Under the pieces are notes generated by a model. It did no database searches, had not been told where the DNA came from, and saw only the letters and a program-made list of their open reading frames with translations. 24,000 nucleotides of DNA from Kaistia sp. (lineage in GTDB: Bacteria > Pseudomonadota > Alphaproteobacteria > Rhizobiales > Kaistiaceae): the NCBI GenBank assembly GCA_965279105.1, contig OZ257135.1:4368147-4392146 (forward strand), given 5' to 3'. Each line of letters opens with the position of its first letter. Position 1 is the first letter of the stretch. Positions 16,933-23,891 of the stretch are shown here, in pieces. Position numbers and translations under genes: made by a program.

Positions 16933-17673
16933 ATGGCAACGCCCGTCCTCTCGCTCGACCGCGTGCACAAGTCGTTCGGCGGCATCACCGCCATCGAGGA
17001 ATTCTCGCTCGACCTTGCCGCCGGCGAAGTGGTCGCGCTCGTCGGCGACAATGGCGCCGGCAAGTCGACGCTGATCAAGATGATCGCCGGCGCGCACCGG
17101 CCGACTTCGGGGCGCATCCTCATCGACGGCAGCGAGGTCGCCTTCGCCGATGCCAGCCAGTCGCAGTCGAAAGGCATCCAGGTCGTCTACCAGGACCTCG
17201 CGCTCGCCGACAGCCAGAGCGTCTACATGAACCTCTTTCTCGGCCGCGAGCTCACCCGCGGTCCGCTGAAGCGGCTCGACCGGCCGCGCATGATCCGCGA
17301 GACCGAACAGCTGGTCGACGCGCTCGACGTGCGCATCCCCTCGGCGAAATCGATGATCCGCGACCTCTCCGGCGGCCAGCGCCAGGGCATCGCCATCGCG
17401 CGGGCGACGCATTGGGCGACCAAGCTGGTGCTGATGGACGAGCCGACCGCGGCGCTCGGCGTCGCCGAGACGGCGAAGGTCGAGAAGAACATCGAGAGCC
17501 TGCGCGCCCGCAATCTCGCGATCCTCATCATCAGCCACAGCCTCGACCAGGTATTCCGCCTGTCCGACCGCATCTGCGTGCTCCGCCGCGGCAAGCAGAT
17601 CGGCATCCGCACCACCAACGCCACCGACAAGAACGAGATCGTCTCGATGATCACGGGCCTGGCTTCAGGCTGA
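16933..17673 (+). CDS. ABC transporter ATP-binding protein, single nucleotide-binding domain (246 aa)
   Basis: GGAGAG RBS at 16921-16926. Walker A GDNGAGKST, Q-loop VVYQD, signature LSGGQRQGIAIARA, Walker B LVLMDEPTAALG and H-loop ISHS. It has one NBD only, like FrcA-type ATPases of some CUT2-like systems. Confidence 0.9.
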   Translation: MATPVLSLDRVHKSFGGITAIEEFSLDLAAGEVVALVGDNGAGKSTLIKMIAGAHRPTSGRILIDGSEVAFADASQSQSKGIQVVYQDLALADSQSVYMNLFLGRELTRGPLKRLDRPRMIRETEQLVDALDVRIPSAKSMIRDLSGGQRQGIAIARATHWATKLVLMDEPTAALGVAETAKVEKNIESLRARNLAILIISHSLDQVFRLSDRICVLRRGKQIGIRTTNATDKNEIVSMITGLASG

Positions 17674-17688
17674 GCGACGCGCCAGCTT

Positions 17689-17810
17689 CCTTCACCTCTC
17701 CCTCGCCGAGATGAAGGCTCCCCCTTCACCTCTCCCTCAGGGAGAAGTCGACGCACTGCGGGTGAGGGCCTGCGGCCTATCAGATGAGGCGACGCCCCCC
17801 TCACCTCGCA
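17689..17810. repeat. REP/MITE-like intergenic repeat cluster (direct repeats plus nested hairpins)
   Basis: CCTTCACCTCTCCCTC occurs twice (17689-17704 and 17723-17738), and a third degenerate CTCACCTC lies near 17800. Hairpins include CCTTCA(17689)...TGAAGG(17712-17717), TCTCCC-TCA-GGGAGA (17731-17745) and CCCTTCACC...GGGTGAGGG. The sequence style matches common alphaproteobacterial intergenic repeats. Confidence 0.6.
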
Positions 17811-17885
17811 CAGCCGTCGCCCCAGCGGAGGCCGGGGCCCAAGCACACCGCCATCGCAGACATCCTGAACCGCCGGTGTTCCTGT

Positions 17886-17905
17886 ATCCCGGCTTCCGCC
17901 GGGAT
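17886..17905. repeat. ATCCCGGC-TTCC-GCCGGGAT hairpin (widespread 'CCCGGC..GCCGGGATGAC'-type REP unit); possible bidirectional terminator
   Basis: A perfect 8-bp stem with a 4-nt loop between the convergent ATPase (stop 17673) and GntR (stop 17931) genes. I recognise the motif as a frequently repeated alphaproteobacterial intergenic hairpin, which translates spuriously as VIPAEAGIQ on the minus strand. Confidence 0.55.
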
Positions 17906-17930
17906 GACACCGTGTTGGCTGGCTGAGCCC

Positions 17931-18701
17931 TCAGGCGCGCTCCGTCTCGCGCGCTGGCGCCAGCAACTGCCGCATCTCGGCCTCGGCCGCGGCGGCATCG
18001 CCCGAGGCGAGCGCTTCGGCAAGGCTGTCGGCATCGATCGAGGCGGTTCGCCGTTCGACGAAGGGCCGGTCCTCGGCGAGGAGATTGGCGAGGCAGGTCG
18101 AGACCAGCGAGGCGAGATAGGGGTTGTCGGCGGCGCGCGCGATGGCGAGCAGCAGTTCGGCGACGGCCTCGGCCCGCGCGGGCCCGTTCCCGGACTGGCG
18201 CACGAGCAGCGCCGAGCGGCGAATGCTCGCGCTGCCACGCCGGTGCGCCGCCTGACCGGCGAGAATGGGCAGCGCCGCCGCGACCGCCTGCCAGAGCCGC
18301 TCCGAGACCGGCTCGGGAGGCCCGATCTTCCGCGTCCATGAGACGAGGTCGGCGTCGAGCATGTTCCAGCGGCTCTGCTCCAGCACCTGCGTCCCGCGCC
18401 GGCGACGGGTCTCGAGCAGGCCCTTCGAGGCGAGGCCCTTGACCGCCTCGCGCAGCGCGGTGCGGCTGACGCCGAGTTCCTCGCTGAGACGGTGCTCGTT
18501 GGGCAGGATGCTGCCTTCCGGGAAGTCGCCGGCGACGATGGCGGCGAAGATCTGGCGCGCGACGAGATGGTGGAGATCGTCCGGCTCGGCGCGAACGGCG
18601 TGCAGCGCCCGTGCGGGATGGCCGGCGAGCGGATCCTGCCGTGCCTCTGGACGCGCCTCGCGGCGCATCGGGATCGGGTCCGGCCTGCGATAAACGGTCA
18701 C
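17931..18701 (-). CDS. GntR-family transcriptional regulator, FadR/FCD subfamily (256 aa from GTG 18701; alternative ATG at 18668)
   Basis: GntR wHTH (LPNEHRLSEELGVSRTALREAVKGLASKGLLETRRRRGTQV) followed by an all-helical FCD-like C-terminal domain. It is divergent from the SGNH hydrolase gene. Confidence 0.88.
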   Translation of the reverse strand: MTVYRRPDPIPMRREARPEARQDPLAGHPARALHAVRAEPDDLHHLVARQIFAAIVAGDFPEGSILPNEHRLSEELGVSRTALREAVKGLASKGLLETRRRRGTQVLEQSRWNMLDADLVSWTRKIGPPEPVSERLWQAVAAALPILAGQAAHRRGSASIRRSALLVRQSGNGPARAEAVAELLLAIARAADNPYLASLVSTCLANLLAEDRPFVERRTASIDADSLAEALASGDAAAAEAEMRQLLAPARETERA

Positions 18702-18776
18702 GATCGAGCCTCCGGAAGCCTCAGCGGCGGGTCGCGGCCATCATGCGGCCCAACGCGGCACCCCGCCACGAGCATA

Positions 18777-18806
18777 TTGCCACAGATAATATGTCGGACA
18801 TATACA
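18777..18806 (+). promoter_or_regulatory. Sigma-70-like promoter with an embedded perfect 15-bp palindrome ATATGTCGGACATAT (candidate GntR operator)
   Basis: TTGCCA (18777-18782), 18 nt, then TATACA (18801-18806). The palindrome at 18789-18803 contains the GntR/FadR-type core TGT-N3-ACA and overlaps the spacer and -10. It lies in an AT-rich island of the divergent GntR/SGNH intergenic region. Confidence 0.6.
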
Positions 18807-18872
18807 ACAGTCTCGACCAGCATGACAACCGGCGAACATGCGTCCTGGGCGCGGCCGGCATCGGGGGGATCC

Positions 18873-19520
18873 ATGACGACCGTACTCTGCTTCGGCGATT
18901 CCAACACCTGGGGTTGCCCGCCCTATGCCGACTTGACGCAGGTGCCCGAGCGGATCGCCTTCGAGAAGCGCTGGACGAATGTCATGGGAGCGGCGATCGG
19001 CGGCGGCGTGCATATCGTCGAGGAAGGACTCAGCGGCCGCACCACCGTCTTCGACGATCCGATCGAGGGCATCCACAAGAACGGCGCCCGCACGCTGATC
19101 GCCATCGTCGAGAGCCATGCGCCGATGGATGTCATCGTGCTGATGCTCGGCACCAATGATTTCAAGCATCAGTACACGGTGTCGTCGTTCAATTCGGCGC
19201 GCGGCATGCTGACCCTGGTGCAGATGATCAAGGGCCATTACGCGCTCGCGGACGGCAGCCCGGAAATCCTGATCGTGACGCCGCCGGCGATCACCGAGGA
19301 TGCCGAGCCGGCGATGTGGGGCCACGGCCACCGGACCTGCGCCGGCCATGCCTATTATCTCGCCCAGGTCGCCGAGCGCACCGGCTGCTTCCACTATGAC
19401 GCCAACCGCGTCGTCAGGGCCGGCAGCGACGGCGTCCATCTCGACGAGGCGAGCCATGCGGCGCTCGGCGCGGCGCTGGCCCGCGAGGTCAAGGCGATCC
19501 TCGCCATGCGCAAGGGATAG
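18873..19520 (+). CDS. SGNH/GDSL hydrolase (arylesterase/acyltransferase, MsAcT-like), 215 aa
   Basis: GGGGGA RBS 5 nt before the ATG at 18873 (there is an in-frame alternative ATG at 18822). All SGNH blocks are visible: I CFGDSNTWG, II EEGLSGRTT, III MLGTNDFK and V DGVHLD. It is colinear with my recollection of the Mycobacterium smegmatis acyltransferase MsAcT. Confidence 0.88.
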   Translation: MTTVLCFGDSNTWGCPPYADLTQVPERIAFEKRWTNVMGAAIGGGVHIVEEGLSGRTTVFDDPIEGIHKNGARTLIAIVESHAPMDVIVLMLGTNDFKHQYTVSSFNSARGMLTLVQMIKGHYALADGSPEILIVTPPAITEDAEPAMWGHGHRTCAGHAYYLAQVAERTGCFHYDANRVVRAGSDGVHLDEASHAALGAALAREVKAILAMRKG

Positions 19521-19524
19521 GCGC

Positions 19525-19575
19525 CCCGAATTGCTGTTTACATAATACATATGATCTAATAGCCTCCAATTCGGG
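19525..19575. promoter_or_regulatory. 9-bp perfect inverted repeat (CCCGAATTG...CAATTCGGG) bracketing a 33-bp AT-rich core, upstream of the second ABC operon
   Basis: The arms are at 19525-19533 and 19567-19575. The core CTGTTTACATAATACATATGATCTAATAGCCTC contains the tandem heptamers TACATAA/TACATAT, a TTTACA -35-like hexamer, and the half-site ACATAT shared with the 18789 palindrome. Confidence 0.45.
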
Positions 19576-19665
19576 TCGCGGGTGAAGCCGCCGGCGGTCC
19601 GGGAGGAACGAGGAACGAACACGTGCTCCGCGGCTCCGGCTGGCGGTCGCGAAGGGGAGGACATA

Positions 19666-20646
19666 ATGAACTTCAAGAAGCTTGCGGCCGTCGCACTGGC
19701 CGCGGCGTCGCTTTCGGCCGCCTTGCCGGCCGCCTCGAAAGCCGACGACACCATCATCTTCCTGGCCGGGCCGAGCTCGGATCCGTTCTGGAGCGCCGTC
19801 CAGCAGGGCTTCGACACGGCGACCAAGGAACTCGGCGTCAAGACGCAGTGGACGGCGCCACAGGACTTCAACGACATCGTCCCGATCTACACGAAGCTGT
19901 TCGAGGCCGCGATCGCCCGCCATCCCGGCGCGATCGTCGTCGGCAACTTCTTCCCCGAGCCGACCGAGCCGCTGATCAAGCAGGCGGTCAGCGAGGGCAT
20001 TCCGGTGCTCGTCTACAATTCCGGCCGCACGACCTGGCGCGATCTCGGCGCGATCGGCTTCATCGGCGAGGACCCCTTCCTGATGGGCGAGGCCGGCGGC
20101 AAGATCGCCGCGGCCAACGGCGTCAAGAACGGCATCTGCATCAACCAGATCGCCGCCAATCCCGTGCTCGAGATGCGCTGCAAGGGCTATATCGACACGA
20201 TCACCGCGGCCGGCGGCAAGGCGAAGGCGGTCATCCTGCCCTCCGAGGACATCGGCAACAGCCAGAAGGTCCAGGCGAGCGTCAGCGCGCTGCTGATGGC
20301 CGACCCGACCGTCGACGGCGTCATGACGCTCGGCGCTGCCGTCGCCGTCGATGCGCTGGAATCGGTCAAGGTCGCCCGCGATGGCGGCCGCAAGATCGAT
20401 CTCGGCACCATCGATCTCGGCAAGAGCGTGCTCGAGGCGGTGCGCGACGGCGAGATGAGCTTCGCCATCGACCAGCAGCCCTTCCTGCAGGGCTATCTCG
20501 GCGTGCTGATCGCGCATCAGTTCATGGAGTATCAGCTGGCGCCGGCGACCGAGATCAACACCGGGCCGTTCGTCATCGACAAGAAGAACGCCGCCGCCGT
20601 GCTCGCTGTCGGCGACAAGCATCCGGGATCGCGCGGCGCCAACTGA
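19666..20646 (+). CDS. Sugar-type (PBP type I) ABC transporter substrate-binding protein, 326 aa
   Basis: GGGGAGG RBS at 19654-19660. Signal peptide MNFKKLAAVALAAASLSAALPAASKA. The mature part is RbsB-like (IIFLAGPSSDPFWSAVQQGFDTATKELGV, IPVLVYNSG, FAIDQQPFLQGYLGV). Confidence 0.88.
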   Translation: MNFKKLAAVALAAASLSAALPAASKADDTIIFLAGPSSDPFWSAVQQGFDTATKELGVKTQWTAPQDFNDIVPIYTKLFEAAIARHPGAIVVGNFFPEPTEPLIKQAVSEGIPVLVYNSGRTTWRDLGAIGFIGEDPFLMGEAGGKIAAANGVKNGICINQIAANPVLEMRCKGYIDTITAAGGKAKAVILPSEDIGNSQKVQASVSALLMADPTVDGVMTLGAAVAVDALESVKVARDGGRKIDLGTIDLGKSVLEAVRDGEMSFAIDQQPFLQGYLGVLIAHQFMEYQLAPATEINTGPFVIDKKNAAAVLAVGDKHPGSRGAN

Positions 20647-20766
20647 GCGCAGCCTCCCCCGTCGCCCCGGCGCCTGCCGGGGTGGCGGACCGATCGGCGG
20701 CGCCCGGCAAAGGCTCGGGGCGCCCCGCGCGCGCCTCATTGACACGCATCGCAGACCGGCATCGAA

Positions 20767-21801
20767 ATGACCCTCATGGACCAGACGCTCGAGCGCAGCG
20801 ACCGGCAGCCGAAAGGCCTCGCTGAACGGATGATCCGCATCATCTGGATCGGCCCGGCCGTGGCGGCCCTCGTCATCTACGGCTTCTTCGCCTTCACGGG
20901 CGGCGCCAACGGCTTCCTGACGCTGGCCGGCACGGCCGGCTGGCTGAACACGGCCGCCGAACTCGGCATCATCGCCATCCCCGTCGGGCTCCTGATGATC
21001 TCCGGCGAGTTCGACCTCTCGACCGGATCGGTGGTCGGCGCGGCCTCGATCATCGTGGCGCTCGGCACCGGCTTCTATGGCCTGTCGCCCTTCCTGACGG
21101 TCGGCATGGCGCTCAGCCTCGGCGTCCTGGTCGGCGTCTTCAACGCCTTCCTCGTCAACTCGACGCGCCTCCCCTCCTTCATCGTCACGCTGGCGTCGAA
21201 CTTCATCCTGGCCGGCAGCGCGCTCGGCCTCTCGCGCCTCATCTCGGGATCGAGCAGCGTCTCGATCAAGGATGCCGGCCTGTTCGAGTTCCTGCTGGCG
21301 GCGAAGTGGAAGTTCTTCAACATCTCGATCCTCTGGTGGCTGCTCGCCGCGCTGCTCGCGGCCTGGGTGCTGCGGCAGACGCCGTTCGGCAACTGGATCT
21401 ATGCGACCGGCGGCAATCCGGACGGCGCCCGCCGCTCGGGCGTCCCGGTCAGCCGGGTCAAGCTGGTGCTGTTCATCTGGACGGCGGTGTCGAGCGCCTT
21501 TGTCGGCGTGCTCTCCGCGGTCAGCTACAATCAGGGCAACGCCTCGTCCGGCCAGGGCTATGTCTTCCAGTCGGCCATCGCGGCGGTCATCGGCGGCGTG
21601 CTGCTCTCCGGCGGCTTCGGCTCGGTGGTCGGCATCGTGCTCGGCACGATGATCTACGGCATCGTCAGCCTCGGCCTCTTCTATACCGGCTGGCCGACCG
21701 ACTGGCTCGCGACCTTCATCGGCGGCCTCCTCGTGCTCGCCGTGCTCACCAACAATCTCATCCGCGAACTGGCGCTGAACCGCGGAAGGAAGCCGTCGTG
21801 A
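20767..21801 (+). CDS. ABC transporter permease, ribose/xylose CUT2-like (344 aa; start uncertain)
   Basis: Multi-TM with family motifs (SGEFDLSTGSVVGAAS, LPSFIVTLASNF, GGVLLSGGFGSVVGIVLG). There is no clear RBS at 20767, and in-frame ATGs at 20776 and 20830 are alternatives. Confidence 0.85.
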   Translation: MTLMDQTLERSDRQPKGLAERMIRIIWIGPAVAALVIYGFFAFTGGANGFLTLAGTAGWLNTAAELGIIAIPVGLLMISGEFDLSTGSVVGAASIIVALGTGFYGLSPFLTVGMALSLGVLVGVFNAFLVNSTRLPSFIVTLASNFILAGSALGLSRLISGSSSVSIKDAGLFEFLLAAKWKFFNISILWWLLAALLAAWVLRQTPFGNWIYATGGNPDGARRSGVPVSRVKLVLFIWTAVSSAFVGVLSAVSYNQGNASSGQGYVFQSAIAAVIGGVLLSGGFGSVVGIVLGTMIYGIVSLGLFYTGWPTDWLATFIGGLLVLAVLTNNLIRELALNRGRKPS

Positions 21802-22568
21802 CCACGCCCCTCATGAGCCTCGAAGGCGTCTCGCGCGTCTTCGGCAACAATCGCGCCCTCTCCGATGTCAGCCTCGACGTCTATCCGGGCGAGGTGCATT
21901 GCCTGCTCGGCGACAATGGCGCCGGCAAGTCGACCCTGATCAAGATCATGTCGGGCGTCGTCGCGCCCTCCTCCGGTGCAATCCGCTTCGACGGCCAGCC
22001 GGTCAGCTTCCGCTCGCCGCGCGATGCGCAAGGCTTCGGCATCGGCACGGTGCACCAGGATGTCGGCTCGATCCCGCTGATCAGCGTCGCACGCAACTTC
22101 TTCCTCGGCAACGAGCCGACCAAGGGCTGGGGACCGTTCAAGCGGCTCGACCATGGCACGGCCAACCGCGTCGCCCTCGCCCAGATCCGCGAGATGGGCA
22201 TCCGCCGCATCACCGATGCCGACCAGCTCGTCGGCACCATGTCGGGCGGCGAGCGGCAGGCGCTCGCCATCGCCAAGGCGCTCTATTTCGGCGCAAGGCT
22301 CTTGATCCTCGACGAGCCGACGGCGGCGCTCGGCGTCAAGGAAGCCTCGATCGTCATCGATCAGATCCGCCGCGCCCGCGCCAAGGGCATCGCCCTCGTC
22401 TTCATCACCCATAATGCCACGCATGCGCTTTCGGTCGGCGACCGCTATACGGTGCTGATCCAGGGCCGGGCGGCGGCTCAGTTCCTCAAGGGCGAGAAGT
22501 CGCGCGACGAAGTCCTGAACCTCATGGCCGGCGGCGAGGAATACAGCCTGATCGACGCCGGCGACTGA
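21798..22568 (+). CDS. ABC transporter ATP-binding protein, single nucleotide-binding domain (256 aa)
   Basis: The GTG at 21798 overlaps the permease TGA (GTGA), with GGAAGGA 7 nt upstream. Walker A GDNGAGKST, signature MSGGERQALAIAKAL, Walker B LLILDEPTAALG and H-loop ITHN. Confidence 0.9.
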   Translation: MTTPLMSLEGVSRVFGNNRALSDVSLDVYPGEVHCLLGDNGAGKSTLIKIMSGVVAPSSGAIRFDGQPVSFRSPRDAQGFGIGTVHQDVGSIPLISVARNFFLGNEPTKGWGPFKRLDHGTANRVALAQIREMGIRRITDADQLVGTMSGGERQALAIAKALYFGARLLILDEPTAALGVKEASIVIDQIRRARAKGIALVFITHNATHALSVGDRYTVLIQGRAAAQFLKGEKSRDEVLNLMAGGEEYSLIDAGD

Positions 22569-22622
22569 GCAACGGCAACGCCTGCTCCCCCCAACGCGGC
22601 ATCGCCAGCGGAGACTGCCTCG

Positions 22623-23783
22623 ATGACGACGATTTCCAATGCCTACCCCGTCAGCGGCTTCGTCGCGCCGGGCTTCGAGCCGGTCAGGGCCGTGTTCGAG
22701 CGCAACTTCACCGAGCTCGGCGATGTCGGCGCGGGCTTTGCCGTGGCGCGCGGCGGCGAATTGCTGGTCGATCTGCATGGCGGCCGCGCCAATGCCACCG
22801 AGCCCTGGACAGCCGGGACGCTGATGCCGATCTTCTCCGGCACCAAGGGCCTCGTCGGCACGATGTTGCTGATGCTGGCCGATCGCGGGCTCATCGACTT
22901 CGCCCGTCCGGTCGCCGACTACTGGCCGGATTTCGCCGCCGGCGGCAAGGCGGGCGTCACCGTGCGTGACATCGTCTCGCATCATGCCGGCCTGCCCGGC
23001 ATCACGCTCGCGAACCTCGTGCCGGCGGATCTCACCGACGATGCCGCGATGGAAGATCGCCTCGCCGCCGAGCCGCTCTCCACCGATCCGCGCGCCTTCG
23101 GCTGCTATCATGCGCTCACCATCGGCTGGCTCTGCGGCGGGTTGCTCCGCCGCGTCGACGGCCGCTCGATCGGCCGGTTCTTCGCCGAAGAGATCGCGGC
23201 GCCGCTCGGGCTCGACGTCTATATCGGCCTGCCCGAGGCGCTGGAGCCGCGCGCCGGCGTGCTCGAACTGGAGCCCGGCTGGGGCGCCTGGGACGAGGGC
23301 CTGACGCCAGCCGAGGCCGCCGACCCGACCCGCCGCTCGATCTGGGGCAACCCGCCGCTGTTCACGCCGGACGATCTCTTCTGGAACGGCCGCGCCTTCC
23401 ACGCCGCCGAAATCCCCGGCGGCGGGGCGCTCGCCACGGCCGCATCCATGGCGCGCTTCTATGCCGCTCTCGCCCTCGGCGGCGAACCGCTGCTGCGCGC
23501 GGAAACGCTGGTCGCCGGGCGGGCGGAACTGAACCGCTTTCTCGATCCCTTCCTCAATGAGGAAATGTCGATCGGCACCGTCTATCAGCTGCAGACGGCG
23601 CAGCGGCGCTACGGTCCGCCCGAGGATGGCTTCGGCCATTCGGGCGCCGGCGGCTCGCTGCATTTCGCCTGGCCGAGCCAGGGCGTCGGCGTCTCCTATG
23701 TCATGAACCAGATGCGCGCCGACCCCGAGGACCGCCGCACGCGGGCGCTGTTCGAGGCGCTCTACGACGTGCTGCGCGACTGA
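22623..23783 (+). CDS. Beta-lactamase-family serine hydrolase (class C / family VIII esterase-like), 386 aa
   Basis: GGAG at 22610-22613. The S-x-x-K nucleophile motif is in IFSGTKGLVG, with VSHHAGLPG and a C-terminal GHSGAGGS (KTG-equivalent) motif. There is no signal peptide, so it is probably cytoplasmic. Confidence 0.85.
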   Translation: MTTISNAYPVSGFVAPGFEPVRAVFERNFTELGDVGAGFAVARGGELLVDLHGGRANATEPWTAGTLMPIFSGTKGLVGTMLLMLADRGLIDFARPVADYWPDFAAGGKAGVTVRDIVSHHAGLPGITLANLVPADLTDDAAMEDRLAAEPLSTDPRAFGCYHALTIGWLCGGLLRRVDGRSIGRFFAEEIAAPLGLDVYIGLPEALEPRAGVLELEPGWGAWDEGLTPAEAADPTRRSIWGNPPLFTPDDLFWNGRAFHAAEIPGGGALATAASMARFYAALALGGEPLLRAETLVAGRAELNRFLDPFLNEEMSIGTVYQLQTAQRRYGPPEDGFGHSGAGGSLHFAWPSQGVGVSYVMNQMRADPEDRRTRALFEALYDVLRD

Positions 23784-23797
23784 CAGCGCCGAGGTCA

Positions 23798-23825
23798 GAA
23801 CGCATATTGCACGCGATATTCGTTC
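23798..23825. promoter_or_regulatory. Imperfect palindrome GAACGCATAT-N8-ATATTCGTTC in an AT-rich island upstream of the last gene
   Basis: 9/10 arm symmetry, located about 65-95 nt upstream of the ATG at 23892. It is a candidate operator, and no regulator is identifiable within the window. Confidence 0.35.
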
Positions 23826-23891
23826 ATGTTACGCCTTTCATCCTGCGGGAACGGCTGAGGAGAGCCGCCCTGCAATGAGGGAGGAACAACA

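Noticed and set aside
17711-17926. 71-aa ORF (MKAPPSPLPQGEVDALRVRACGL...) in the convergent intergenic region
   Set aside because: It is composed entirely of the REP-like repeats and hairpins. There is no RBS, the composition is Pro/Ala/Arg-rich, and it is a typical spurious translation of such repeats.
20739-20744. Perfect TTGACA hexamer in the 120-bp SBP-permease spacer, considered as an internal promoter; GC hairpins at 20665-20682 and about 20696-20727 also noted
   Set aside because: The best -10 candidate 17 nt downstream (TCGAAA) is poor and would leave essentially no leader before the ATG at 20767. The hairpins lack U-tracts. The spacer is more simply an intra-operon stem-loop region, common after SBP genes.
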